DNA of 64,000 nucleotides from Candidatus Sericytochromatia bacterium (GTDB taxonomy: Bacteria; Cyanobacteriota; Sericytochromatia; S15B-MN24; VGJW01). Under the pieces are notes generated by a model. That model had not been told where the DNA came from. It was given only the letters and a program-made list of their open reading frames with translations, and made no database searches. The translations under genes and the position numbers were made by a program. The stretch is from positions 96,001 to 160,000 of the forward strand of contig JAYKHS010000014.1 of the NCBI GenBank assembly GCA_035285865.1. The letters run 5' to 3'. Shown one piece after another: positions 1 through 9,746 of the stretch (the first letter of the stretch is position 1; each line of letters starts with the position of its first letter).

Positions 1-398
1 TCCCATGCCTCGGGCCGGACCCGGGGCAACCGATGGGCCAGATCGGATACGACACGGACGAACAAGCGGCGCTGCAGGGCTTCTGCCACCCAGATCTGCA
101 GGCCCTTGAGTGCCGATGAGAAGCCCAGGGCCACGAGCAGCATGATCGCGAGGACCAACAAGGGTTGCAGGACCGAACCGAAGGCCACCGTGGTGACCAG
201 CGCCTGCACCACGACCGGGGCCGCGAGGCCCAGCAGGCTGACGGAACCCCCGTAGATGAAGATGGCGGCGATGTCTTCGCGCTCGAGAACGACCCAATCC
301 GCAAGGCGTTGCCAAGGACTGGGTGTGCCCGGTGCTGGAGTTGCCAACGGTCTGGTGTGTCGGTCCTGCGGACGCTGGTGGTCGGACCAGGGGGACAT
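1..398 (-). CDS. ABC exporter, transmembrane N-terminal part (runs off the window)
   Basis: Manual translation from ATG 398: ...SPWQRLADWVVLEREDIAAIFIYGGSVSLLGLAAPVVVQALVTTVAFGSVLQPLLVLAIMLL...LQIWVAEALQRRLFVRV, typical of the first ABC_membrane helices. Not in the ORF track because it is truncated. Confidence 0.75.
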   Translation of the reverse strand, partial: MSPWSDHQRPQDRHTRPLATPAPGTPSPWQRLADWVVLEREDIAAIFIYGGSVSLLGLAAPVVVQALVTTVAFGSVLQPLLVLAIMLLVALGFSSALKGLQIWVAEALQRRLFVRVVSDLAHRLPRVRPEAW

Positions 399-513
399 GC
401 CTGAGTCCGGGGGCTCAAAGGGTCTGGCGAATAGCTTAACATGGATGCCTGGGTGGACTTTGTGATTCCCGGCCCACTTGCGGTACGATCCCTGCAGTCC
501 CGAGGAGGTTCCC

Positions 514-1368
514 GTGAACAAGCTCATCATCACGTGCGCGCCCGTCGGTGCCGAGACGATGAAGTCCGATCATCCCGGCCATCCGTATGGCCCCGAGGAG
601 ATTGCCATCGCCTCCATCGAGGCGGTCAAGGCCGGAGCCTCCATCATCCATCTGCACGTGCGGGAGGATGACGGCACGCCGAGTCAGTCGCCGACCAAGT
701 TCGCCGAGGCCATCCGCCACATCAAGGAGGAGGTCGACTGCATCATCCAGATCTCCACGGGTGGAGCCGTCACCGCGAGCGAGGACGAGCGCCTCCTGCC
801 CGTGACCGAGCTGATTCCCCCGCCCGAGATGGCGACCTTGACGATGGGCACCGTGAACTTCGGCGAGGACGTGTTCATGAATCCGCCGTCCCTGATCCGG
901 CGGTTCATCGGGGAGTTCTCGCGGCGCGGCATTCGCCCTGAACTCGAGGTTTTCGACGTGGGTCAGCTCGAGGCCGCCCTGCGCCTGATTCGCAAGGGTG
1001 AACTGGTCGGGCCCCAACACTTCGACTTCGTGCTGGGCGTGCCCGGGGCGATGGCAGGGACTCCTGCCAATTTGATGCATTTGGTCTCGCTCCTCCCTGA
1101 AGGCCACACTTGGTCCGTGGCCGGCATCGGTGCCGCGGAACTGACACTGGGCACCCTCGCCGTGGCCTTGGGCGGGCACGTTCGTGTCGGCTTCGAGGAC
1201 AACATCTACTACCGCAAGGGCGAGCTGGCCGAGAGCAACGCCCAACTCGTCGCACGGATCGTGCGCATCGGTCGCGAGCTCGACCGCGCGCCGGCGACGG
1301 CCGCCGAGGCCCGCAAGGTTCTCGGACTGCCGTTGCGCAAGGCGCCGCGCCTGACCCCCAACAAGTAG
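514..1368 (+). CDS. kce: 3-keto-5-aminohexanoate cleavage enzyme (BKACE family)
   Basis: GTG start after GAGGAGG. KLIITCA, Zn-binding HLH, QISTGG, TLTMGTVNFG, GGHVRVGFEDN motifs; adjacent to kdd. Confidence 0.92.
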   Translation: MNKLIITCAPVGAETMKSDHPGHPYGPEEIAIASIEAVKAGASIIHLHVREDDGTPSQSPTKFAEAIRHIKEEVDCIIQISTGGAVTASEDERLLPVTELIPPPEMATLTMGTVNFGEDVFMNPPSLIRRFIGEFSRRGIRPELEVFDVGQLEAALRLIRKGELVGPQHFDFVLGVPGAMAGTPANLMHLVSLLPEGHTWSVAGIGAAELTLGTLAVALGGHVRVGFEDNIYYRKGELAESNAQLVARIVRIGRELDRAPATAAEARKVLGLPLRKAPRLTPNK

Positions 1369-1374
1369 CCCGAC

Positions 1375-2415
1375 GTGTCGACGACCTCAACGACGGAACT
1401 TAGCCCATCGCCCATCGGCCTTCATCGGGTGCTGGCGCCAGCCGGTGTTCTGCCCTACGACGCCGAGCGTCTGGACGTGGCCTCTCCCCTCGCAGTGGGT
1501 GAGGCCGAGGTCCGCGTCGACACCCTGAACATCGACTCGGCCAGCTTCACGCAACTGCTCGCCGAAGGCGGCGGAGATCCGGCGCATGTGGCTCGGCGGG
1601 TGATGCAGATCGTCGACGAGCGCGGCAAGATGCACAACCCCGTCACCGGTTCGGGCGGGGTCCTGTGCGGAACGGTCACTGCCGTTGCGGAAGGGGCGAC
1701 GGCGCACGTCGGTTCCCGCATCGTGACGTTGTCCAGCCTCACGACCACTCCGCTCGAGTTGGACCGGGTGCTGGAGATTCGTCCCGAGCGGCATCAGATC
1801 CGTGTCGAGGGCCGGGCCTTCCTCTATGCCCGTACACCTTTCGCGGTGCTGGATGACCGGCTACCCGAGGATCTGGCGCTGGGGGTACTGGATGTCTGCG
1901 GTGCCCCGGCCCAGGCCGCAAGGCTGGCCAAGCCGGGAAGCACCGTGGCCGTGCTGGGGGCTGCGGGCAAGTCGGGTACCTTGGTCTGCTGGGTCGCTGC
2001 CGCGCAGGGCGCGCGGGTCCTCGCGCTCGTGCGCAGCCCGGAGGAGGCGGCTCATCTCGCGGCCCTTGGCGTGCCGATGGATTGTGCGGTCGTGGATGGC
2101 CGCAACGCGGTGGCCGTTCAGGATGCCGTCGGTCGGATGACCGCCGGTGCGATGGCGGACGTGACCATCAACTGTGTCAATGTGCCGGGTGTCGAGATGT
2201 CGTGCATTCTGGCGACCCGTCCGCGCGGCATCGTCTATTTCTTCAGCATGGCCACCAGTTTCCAGGCAGCCGCACTGGGCGGAGAGGCTCTGGGCGCCGA
2301 TGTGGACCTGATGATCGGCAATGGTTTCGCCGAGGGCCACGCGGCTCTGGCCCTCGACCTGGTTGCATCCCAGCCGCCCCTGCGGGCGGCCCTCGAACGT
2401 CTCGGACGCGCATGA
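1375..2415 (+). CDS. kdd: L-erythro-3,5-diaminohexanoate dehydrogenase
   Basis: [42 protein letters not shown] and IGNG motifs characteristic of Kdd. Confidence 0.9.
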   Translation: MSTTSTTELSPSPIGLHRVLAPAGVLPYDAERLDVASPLAVGEAEVRVDTLNIDSASFTQLLAEGGGDPAHVARRVMQIVDERGKMHNPVTGSGGVLCGTVTAVAEGATAHVGSRIVTLSSLTTTPLELDRVLEIRPERHQIRVEGRAFLYARTPFAVLDDRLPEDLALGVLDVCGAPAQAARLAKPGSTVAVLGAAGKSGTLVCWVAAAQGARVLALVRSPEEAAHLAALGVPMDCAVVDGRNAVAVQDAVGRMTAGAMADVTINCVNVPGVEMSCILATRPRGIVYFFSMATSFQAAALGGEALGADVDLMIGNGFAEGHAALALDLVASQPPLRAALERLGRA

Positions 2416-3992
2416 CCCCATCTTCGGAATCCGCCGCCCCCGAGGCCGCAGCGACGACGGCCGGCCGTCTCGCCGAACTTGAAGCGAGGCAATCGGGAGC
2501 GCTCGAGGGCGGGGGGGCGGAGGCCGTTCGCCGCCAGCACGATCGCGGCAAGCTGACGGCTCGGGAGCGCATCGAGCGGTTGCTGGATCCTGGCAGTTTC
2601 GTGGAGCTGGACCGCCATCGGGTCCATCGGGCGCATGCCTTCGGGATGGCCGAGCGCAAGGTGCCCGGCGACGGTGTCATCACAGGGCACGGCACAGTGG
2701 ACGGACGGCTCGTCTATGTGTTCAGTCAGGACTTCACGGTGTTCGGGGGCTCGCTTGGCGAGGTTCATGCCGAGAAGATATGCAAGGTCATGGATCTTGC
2801 GCTCAAGGTCGGGGCACCCATCATCGGTCTCAACGACAGCGGGGGAGCCCGAATCCAGGAAGGTGTGGAGAGTCTTGGGGGCTATGCCGAGATATTCTGG
2901 CGCAACGTACAGGCGAGCGGCGTCATTCCCCAGATTTCGCTCATCCTCGGTCCGTGTGCCGGCGGGGCCGTCTATTCGCCGGTCATGACGGACTTTGTCC
3001 TGATGGCGCAGGACACCAGCTACATGTTCATCACCGGCCCGGACGTCGTGAAGACCGTGACCGGCGAGGATGTCACCTTCGAAGAACTCGGTGGTGCCTC
3101 GGTTCACAACACCATCTCGGGTGTTGCCCACGTTCGCTTCCCGAGCGAGGAAGAGGCGCTCGAGCAGACGCGCGTCCTGCTGTCGTTCCTGCCGGACAAC
3201 AATCTTTCGGAAGTGCCCATGGTGCCTTCCGATGATCCTGACGATCGGCCTTGCCCAGAGCTTCGGACCATCGTCCCGGACCGGCCGACCCAACCCTACG
3301 ACATGAAGGAGGTCATCGCCTCAGTCGTCGATGATGGCGACTACTTCGAGATTCAGCCCGAGTTTGCCCGCAACCTGATCACGTGCTTCGCACGATTGGG
3401 AGGCCAGACCGTGGGCATCGTGGCCAATCAGCCCCGGGAGATGGCCGGAACGCTCGACATTTCGGCCAGCATCAAGGGTGCCCGGTTCGTCCGAACTTGT
3501 GACGCCTTCAATATTCCGATCCTCACCTTCGAGGATGTTCCGGGATACTTTCCCGGCAAGCAGCAGGAGCACGGCGGAATCATCCGGCATGGAGCCAAGC
3601 TGCTCTATGCCTATTGCGAGGCGACGGTGCCCAAGTTGACGGTCATTACCCGCAAGGCCTACGGCGGTGCCTATGACGTGCTGGGCTCGAAGCACATCCG
3701 TGCCGACTTGAATCTGGCCTGGCCAACCGCCGAGATTGCCGTGATGGGGGCCGAAGGGGCCGCCGGGATCCTGTACCGGCGCGAGATTCAGGAGGACCCG
3801 GCGTCGCGTGATGCCCGCATCGCAGACTATCGCCAGCGGTTCGCCAATCCGTGGATAGCTGCCGAGCGCGGGTTTCTGGACGACGTCATCGATCCGGCCG
3901 AGACCCGCGTCCGCCTCATCGAGGCCTTGCGCGTCCTGCGGCGCAAGCGTGTCGAACGGCCCCGCCGCAAGCACGGAAACATCCCGCTATGA
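2412..3992 (+). CDS. pccB: acyl-CoA (propionyl-CoA) carboxylase carboxyltransferase beta subunit
   Basis: ATGA overlap with kdd. [38 protein letters not shown] and C-terminal RKHGNIPL. Confidence 0.92.
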   Translation: MTPSSESAAPEAAATTAGRLAELEARQSGALEGGGAEAVRRQHDRGKLTARERIERLLDPGSFVELDRHRVHRAHAFGMAERKVPGDGVITGHGTVDGRLVYVFSQDFTVFGGSLGEVHAEKICKVMDLALKVGAPIIGLNDSGGARIQEGVESLGGYAEIFWRNVQASGVIPQISLILGPCAGGAVYSPVMTDFVLMAQDTSYMFITGPDVVKTVTGEDVTFEELGGASVHNTISGVAHVRFPSEEEALEQTRVLLSFLPDNNLSEVPMVPSDDPDDRPCPELRTIVPDRPTQPYDMKEVIASVVDDGDYFEIQPEFARNLITCFARLGGQTVGIVANQPREMAGTLDISASIKGARFVRTCDAFNIPILTFEDVPGYFPGKQQEHGGIIRHGAKLLYAYCEATVPKLTVITRKAYGGAYDVLGSKHIRADLNLAWPTAEIAVMGAEGAAGILYRREIQEDPASRDARIADYRQRFANPWIAAERGFLDDVIDPAETRVRLIEALRVLRRKRVERPRRKHGNIPL

Positions 3993-4252
3993 CGGTGACG
4001 GAGTCGCTCGGTTCGTCGGTTGCCGTCGGTGGAAACCGTTTGTGCGCCATCGACGTGCCCCTCGGAACTCCGCCCGAGCGCGTGGCGGCTGCGATGGTCG
4101 CCGTGGCGGAACTGTTGACTGAAGAGGCCAAGACCGATGCCGCGGCAGGGGCTTCCGGAACCTGGCGTGACAAAGGCCCGTGGGTCCGGGCTGCCCTGCT
4201 TGAGGCCGTTTCCGGCGGTGATCTGAGGTGGCGTCCGGGCCCTTGGGTCTGA
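3989..4252 (+). CDS. probable acyl-CoA carboxylase epsilon subunit
   Basis: 87 aa, ATGA-coupled to pccB; pattern '[13 protein letters not shown]...[10 protein letters not shown]' resembles epsilon subunits. Confidence 0.55.
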   Translation: MTVTESLGSSVAVGGNRLCAIDVPLGTPPERVAAAMVAVAELLTEEAKTDAAAGASGTWRDKGPWVRAALLEAVSGGDLRWRPGPWV

Positions 4253-4286
4253 TAGAGAGGCTCGAACCCTCTCGGCGTGATCCGGG

Positions 4287-5420
4287 TCAGAGACCCTCGC
4301 CGTTGCCCCCGCCGCCCTGGCGCATCCGCTTCATCTGTTCCATGCGCTGACGTTGGTCATCCGAGACCTCGCGCGCGTTGGCCGTCCTGTTGCCCCCGTC
4401 GCGAACCTTGAGGGTTTCCATGCGCTGAGGCTCCGCGGCCTTTAGGCCCAGCGCCTGATGGTAAGCCACCCGACGATCCTGGTCGAGGAGGGTCTCGCGT
4501 GCCTCGGTGATCAGATCCAGTTGGCGCCGTAGCTTCTTGGTTCCTTTGCCGGAGGCACGCTCATGCTGCATGTTCTGCTCCTGAGCGTCCAGCAGGGTGG
4601 AGAGTGTCGAGATGGGCGCATCCTGCGGCAGGCTGAGCAGTTCGTAGTAGTTGGGCAGTTCGAGCTTGCCAGACTCGCCGTCCATCTTGCCGGTCTTGCT
4701 CTTTTTGGTCGCTGTTTCAGGCTTGGTGGCCGTGCGGGCATAGTCATCGGCGTGAAGCATGCGGTCGACCAGGTACCCGAGTGCCGCAAAGAGATAGTCC
4801 AGAAGGTTGGCCACGAGCAGGGAAGCGACGAATGCAGCGACGACCCCGATGCCCATGTGGACCAGACCCGCCTTGTTGCCGGCGTTGAAGAGCAGGGTCC
4901 CGAGCCCGACGGCAGCGGCGCTGAGTTCGTCAAGATCCTTGGGCAGGCCCGGCAGCTTGTAGGCCGGATCGAGATAGTAGGTCGGGAAGCGCAGCGACCC
5001 AAGCACACCAGCGAGTAGCAAAATGACCATGGTGATGAACTTGGCGTTGTTGAGCTTTTCGATGCGTCGCTCGGCCAACGTGTAGTCGGGATCCGACTTG
5101 ATCTTCCGCGCCGAACTGGGCCGGTTTCGGATCATTCTGTCGAAACGCCACATCACGGGGCGTCCGAAAAAGGACCGCCAGGCTACCTGCAGCGGGGCGA
5201 TGGCCAGAATGAACAGCACCACGGCGGCGATGCCGTAGATGGCCAGCACGGGCGGTTGGATGTCTTGCGGCAAGGAAAGCGACCTGTCGGGAATCGATGA
5301 GCGGATGGCGCGAGGGCACCGCTGACATCTTCTCATGAACGGGTTCGTTGATGTGTCGTCGGGATCACACGTTGCAGTCGGGACAGGTGCTGTGCCCGAT
5401 GCACGAGGACTTGCGTCCAT
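4287..5420 (-). CDS. multi-TM membrane protein with C-terminal J-domain-like region lacking HPD (start uncertain: 5273, 5336 or 5420)
   Basis: 3-4 hydrophobic segments, then LPNYYELLSLPQDA...LITEARETLLDQDRRVAYH resembling J-domain helices I and III/IV. Confidence 0.65.
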   Translation of the reverse strand: MDASPRASGTAPVPTATCDPDDTSTNPFMRRCQRCPRAIRSSIPDRSLSLPQDIQPPVLAIYGIAAVVLFILAIAPLQVAWRSFFGRPVMWRFDRMIRNRPSSARKIKSDPDYTLAERRIEKLNNAKFITMVILLLAGVLGSLRFPTYYLDPAYKLPGLPKDLDELSAAAVGLGTLLFNAGNKAGLVHMGIGVVAAFVASLLVANLLDYLFAALGYLVDRMLHADDYARTATKPETATKKSKTGKMDGESGKLELPNYYELLSLPQDAPISTLSTLLDAQEQNMQHERASGKGTKKLRRQLDLITEARETLLDQDRRVAYHQALGLKAAEPQRMETLKVRDGGNRTANAREVSDDQRQRMEQMKRMRQGGGGNGEGL

Positions 5421-5507
5421 TCATTCGTAACGCCGACAGCCCAATGTCTGCTGAAAGTGTGGTTAAAATGGGGGTCCTGATTTCTGCTGTGGAAGGAGCA
5501 TCCGCGG

Positions 5508-6503
5508 ATGATCGAGGTTCAGAACCTGACCAAACGCTATGGTGACCGGACAGCCGTGTCCGGCATCAGCTTCACGGTGGCCAAGGGCGAGATCCTTGGT
5601 TTCCTGGGGCCCAATGGTGCGGGCAAGTCCACCACCATGAAGATGATTACCGGATTTCTGTCACCCTCTGAGGGCAAGGTCACGGTCGGTGGTTACGACA
5701 TGGCGGAACAGCCGCTCGAGGCCAAGGCCCTCATCGGCTACTTGCCTGAGGTCGTGCCGCTCTACCCCGATATGTCGGTCACGGATTACCTCTCGTTCGT
5801 CGCTTCCCTGAAGGGGTTGCCCGGCAACGAGATCGCCGATCGGGTCGACTACGTCGTTAAGCGGTGCTGGCTGGAGGAGTACCGCAACCGGCTTATCAGC
5901 CATCTCTCGAAGGGCTACAGGCAGCGTGTCGGTCTGGCTCAGGCGCTCATCCACAAGCCGCCCGTGCTGATTCTGGACGAGCCCACCAGCGGCCTCGATC
6001 CCCGTCAGATCAACGAGACGCGCGAACTCATCCGCCAACTTTCGGGTGATCACACCGTGATCCTGTCCACGCACATCCTGCCCGAGGTCCAGAACCTCTG
6101 CCATCGCGTCCTCATCATCAACAAGGGGCGTGAGGTTGCCGAGGATCGGCCCGAGAACCTGGAGAACAAGCTCAAGGGCAGCCAGACCGTCGTCATGGAG
6201 GTTGCCGGGCCCGAATCGGCCGTCCGGGAGGCGTTGCAGGCCGTGCCGGGCATCCGCCATCTGTCGGTCGTGCCCCGCACCAACCACGATGCCGGCATCC
6301 TGGACATCAAGGCAGAGACGGACCCGACGGACGCCGTGCGGGCTGGTCTGGCCAGCGCCGTAGTGGGTCGTGGCTGGGGCCTCCTCGAACTGCGCGCGGC
6401 CAGGCTCTCGCTCGAGGACATCTTCATCCGCCTGACCACGGCTGAATCGCCTGTGGCCGATGCGGCCTCGGGATCGGCTCTCTCGGCAACGTCCGGCACC
6501 TGA
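5508..6503 (+). CDS. ABC-2 transporter ATP-binding protein (GldA-like)
   Basis: Walker A GPNGAGKST, signature LSKGYRQR, Walker B LILDEPT, C-terminal SLEDIF. Confidence 0.92.
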   Translation: MIEVQNLTKRYGDRTAVSGISFTVAKGEILGFLGPNGAGKSTTMKMITGFLSPSEGKVTVGGYDMAEQPLEAKALIGYLPEVVPLYPDMSVTDYLSFVASLKGLPGNEIADRVDYVVKRCWLEEYRNRLISHLSKGYRQRVGLAQALIHKPPVLILDEPTSGLDPRQINETRELIRQLSGDHTVILSTHILPEVQNLCHRVLIINKGREVAEDRPENLENKLKGSQTVVMEVAGPESAVREALQAVPGIRHLSVVPRTNHDAGILDIKAETDPTDAVRAGLASAVVGRGWGLLELRAARLSLEDIFIRLTTAESPVADAASGSALSATSGT

Positions 6504-6522
6504 AGCACGGAGAAACTGCACC

Positions 6523-7236
6523 ATGTCCAAGATCCTTGCCATCGCCAAGCGTGAACTGCGCAGCTATTTCGTTTCGCCTCTGGCGTACGTCGTCGCAGCC
6601 TTCTTCATGGCCGCCGTCGGCTTCCTGTTCTTCGCCATTCTGACGTCGACGCGCGAAGCCTCGATGCGGACGTTGTTCCAGAACATGGCCGTGGTCTTCC
6701 TGTTGCTCGTGCCGGCGCTGACGATGCGTCTGCTGGCCGAGGAACGGAAGTCCGGAACGATCGAGTTGCTGATGACCAGCCCCGTCACCGACGAGGCGAT
6801 CGTCTTCGGCAAGTATCTCGCGACGGTCACCTACCTCGTCTTCCTGATGGCCCTGACACTCATCTTCCCCCTGTCCCTGGTCGCCATAGGCGGCAAGCCC
6901 GAGTGGCCGCTCATCTGGACCGGCTATCTGGCAACGACGCTGATGGGTGCTTCGCTGATGGCGATCGGCCTGATGGCCAGTTCCTTCACCAACAACGTCA
7001 TCGTGTCGGCGCTCGTGGCCTTCGTCCTCTCGCTCATCATCTGGCTGCTGCCGGCCATCGGCGGGACCTTCGGTTCCCCGATCTCCGAGGCTTTCCAATA
7101 CATGAGCATCATCAGTCACCTCGAGAACATGGCGCGGGGGGTCATCGACTCCTCCGACCTGCTGTACTACCTGTCCGTCATCGGGACCTGCCTGCTGGTC
7201 ACGGTGCGGTCCGTCAACGTCTACCACTGGAGATAA
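6523..7236 (+). CDS. ABC-2 permease (GldF-like)
   Basis: IAKRELRSYFVSPLAY, TMRLLAEERKSGTIELLMTSP, about 6 TM helices. Confidence 0.9.
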   Translation: MSKILAIAKRELRSYFVSPLAYVVAAFFMAAVGFLFFAILTSTREASMRTLFQNMAVVFLLLVPALTMRLLAEERKSGTIELLMTSPVTDEAIVFGKYLATVTYLVFLMALTLIFPLSLVAIGGKPEWPLIWTGYLATTLMGASLMAIGLMASSFTNNVIVSALVAFVLSLIIWLLPAIGGTFGSPISEAFQYMSIISHLENMARGVIDSSDLLYYLSVIGTCLLVTVRSVNVYHWR

Positions 7237-7241
7237 CGCCG

Positions 7242-8915
7242 ATGCAGACTTCCCCAAGTCCCGACGTCGAGCTCCAGGGATCTTCGTCCCGGATGCTTGA
7301 TCTCGCCATCAATGCCCTCGGCATCCTCGCCGTGCTGTGCATGGCGGGCAGCCTGATCATTTCCCGCTTCCTCGTCGACAAGGTGCCGGCCCAGACCGTC
7401 GGCTACCTGCAGAATGCCGGCTGGGCCTGCATCGGTCTCTACGTGCTCGGCATGGCGTGGCAGGGGCGAGATGCCATCAAGGCCTTCGTCTCGTCCGAGC
7501 GCGGCCAGTCCGGCAGCAACCTCGTGCTGCAGGTCCTGTTCGCCGTGCTGCTCGTGGGCTTCCTGAACTACCTCGGCACGCGCTACCACAAGCGATGGGA
7601 TTTCACCGAAAACAGGCAGTTCTCGCTCTCCGAGCAGACCGAGAAGATTCTGCGCGAGCTGCCCGGCAAGGTCACGCTCACGATGTTCGTGAGTCCGGCT
7701 GATCGTGCGCAGCAGGCCAACAAGGATCTGTTGGGCGAGTACGCTTATGCCGCTCCCGACAAGGTCGCCTTCAAGACCATCGACGCGGATCGTGATCCGA
7801 TCCAGGTGCGCAAGTACCTGCAGAGCCTCCCCGAGGCCCAGCGGTCCAAGGTTCTCGAGAACGGCACCATTCGCCTCGGTACCGTCGTCATCGAACATCA
7901 GGGCAACATCACCCCCATCACCGGCTTCAATGAGCAGGACTTCACGTCGGCCATCCTCAAGGCCACGCGGACCAGCCAGAAGACCATCTACTTCCTCGAT
8001 GGCCACGGTGAGCTCGACTACGACAACTTCGGTGCCGAGGGCATGACGCAGGTCAAGCAGTCTCTCGAGAAGCAGAACTACCGCATCGACCGTCTGCGCA
8101 TCGACACCCGCAAGGGTATCCCCGCCGACGCTGCGGCCCTGGTCGTTTCCGCCCCCAAGACGCCCTTTGCCAAGGAAGAGATTGCCAGCCTCGATGCCTA
8201 CATCGGCAAGGGCGGCAAGGTGTTGCTGAACCTGCGGCCGGGCGTGAACACCGCGCTTGAGCCTTGGCTCAAGGACTCGTTCGGCGTCAAGCCGGAGTCC
8301 GTGCTGGTCGTGGAGGAGAATCTGGCCAACACGATGGGCTACCAGCCCACGCTGCCCGCCGTAGTCAAGTACGAATTCCACGCCGTCACGCAGTCCTTCA
8401 GCAACTACCGCATCGTGACGGTCTTCCCGGAGTCCGGGGCCTTCACCGTCGCGGACAAGAAGCCTGAGGGCGTCACGGTCGACGTGCTCGCCAAGACTTC
8501 ATCCGAGGCCAAGGGCGTGCCGCTCAAGAACGGCAACCTTGCCGACGGCGAGCACCTGAAGGGTCCGCTCAACCTCGCGGTAGCGGTGTCCCGCAAGCTG
8601 CCCGGCGTCGAGGATGCGAGCGCATCCGTCAAGGTCGACCGCAACGGTCGCTTGATCGTGATGGCCGCACCCTACTTTGCGGTGAACGGTCTTCTCCAGC
8701 GCAACGCCAGCGTTGGCAACAGCGACTTCCTGCTGTCGGGCCTGAACTGGCTGGCCGAGGACGAAACGCTGGTCTCCATCTCGCCCAAGAGTCAGGAGAG
8801 CCGGACCGTCACCCTGCTGGGCTCGACCCAGCAGTCCCTGTTCTACGGAACGGTCGTCCTGCCCCCGCTGGCGCTGCTCGTACTGGGTGGTGTCGTGTGG
8901 TGGCGGAGGAGGTAA
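7242..8915 (+). CDS. GldG-family ABC auxiliary component
   Basis: N-terminal TMs, RWDFTENRQFSLSEQT, IYFLDGHGE, LNWLAEDE, C-terminal TM ending WWRRR. Confidence 0.88.
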   Translation: MQTSPSPDVELQGSSSRMLDLAINALGILAVLCMAGSLIISRFLVDKVPAQTVGYLQNAGWACIGLYVLGMAWQGRDAIKAFVSSERGQSGSNLVLQVLFAVLLVGFLNYLGTRYHKRWDFTENRQFSLSEQTEKILRELPGKVTLTMFVSPADRAQQANKDLLGEYAYAAPDKVAFKTIDADRDPIQVRKYLQSLPEAQRSKVLENGTIRLGTVVIEHQGNITPITGFNEQDFTSAILKATRTSQKTIYFLDGHGELDYDNFGAEGMTQVKQSLEKQNYRIDRLRIDTRKGIPADAAALVVSAPKTPFAKEEIASLDAYIGKGGKVLLNLRPGVNTALEPWLKDSFGVKPESVLVVEENLANTMGYQPTLPAVVKYEFHAVTQSFSNYRIVTVFPESGAFTVADKKPEGVTVDVLAKTSSEAKGVPLKNGNLADGEHLKGPLNLAVAVSRKLPGVEDASASVKVDRNGRLIVMAAPYFAVNGLLQRNASVGNSDFLLSGLNWLAEDETLVSISPKSQESRTVTLLGSTQQSLFYGTVVLPPLALLVLGGVVWWRRR

Positions 8916-8919
8916 GTTC

Positions 8920-9597
8920 ATGCAACGTTGGCGCAATACGCTCCTGCTCGGAGCACTCACGGCCGGCATCGCCGCCTATGTCTTCCTCGTGGAGAACAAG
9001 CGCGACTACACGCCGGGGCAGGAGGAGACCGTGGCGGTCTGGACGCTGTCCGATCGTCAGATGGAGGATATCCGGACCATCGAGGTCGTGGCTGGTGGCA
9101 AGTCCGTCCGTTACGTCCGCAAGGATCCCGTGCCGACTCCAAAGCCCAGCGCGGACGTCACGCCCGACCCCTTGGCCACGCCGCCGCAGGCCACCTGGCA
9201 TCAGGAGGGCAAGCTTGACCGCGGCCTGACCTACGAGTGGGACAACGCCTATACGGACATCAAGCGTCCTGTCGCGGTCCGGGTCGTCGACGAGGCACCC
9301 AAGGATCTGACCGAGTACGAACTGGGCTCTCCCAGCGTGGAGGTCCGTCTCCTGGATGCCAAAGGCAAGGTGGCGCGCGGTCTGCAGTTCGGCAAGAAGG
9401 CCATCTCGGGCCAGGGCAACTACGTCAAGGCCGAGGGCGAGCCCAAGGTCTATCTGATTGCCTCGCACAAGCTGGACTCTGTCCGCAAGCTGGTGGAGCA
9501 GCCGCCCGTGGCCTCGCCTGCACCGACTCCCGTGCCGACCCCGACCGCCTCGGCCTCTGCGGTGCCCGCCGCGACCACCGCGCCGGCCACCAAGTAG
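8920..9597 (+). CDS. DUF4340-like membrane-anchored protein
   Basis: N-terminal TM, DLTEYELGSP...LQFGKK..YVK..VYLI pattern; usual fourth gene of gldAFG-like operons. Confidence 0.7.
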   Translation: MQRWRNTLLLGALTAGIAAYVFLVENKRDYTPGQEETVAVWTLSDRQMEDIRTIEVVAGGKSVRYVRKDPVPTPKPSADVTPDPLATPPQATWHQEGKLDRGLTYEWDNAYTDIKRPVAVRVVDEAPKDLTEYELGSPSVEVRLLDAKGKVARGLQFGKKAISGQGNYVKAEGEPKVYLIASHKLDSVRKLVEQPPVASPAPTPVPTPTASASAVPAATTAPATK

Positions 9598-9617
9598 CAC
9601 CAGGCGCTGCAAGGCTC

Positions 9618-9650
9618 GAAGCCCTCTCCGCAAGCTGCGGAGGGGGCTTC
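9618..9650 (+). terminator. stem-loop after the gld-like operon
   Basis: GAAGCCCTCTCCGCA-agc-TGCGGAGGGGGCTTC (stem with G-U pairs); weak U-tail. Confidence 0.55.
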
Positions 9651-9746
9651 GTCACAACTTAACCTCGGCTTCAGGGGGGCACAAGAATCCCGCTGCTCGC
9701 GTGGGCGACAAGAAGGACATCACCCCTCCCCAAAGAGGAACCGAAG

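Noticed and set aside
240..260. Apparent frameshift in the partial ABC gene at a C-run
   Set aside because: Recounting gives five Cs, and the frame is continuous (IYGGSVSLL).
9647..9676. CTT repeats at 11-bp spacing including CTTAACCT (cyanobacterial Pho-box-like)
   Set aside because: Only one unit matches well, it overlaps the hairpin, and it is not upstream of phoX; too weak to call.
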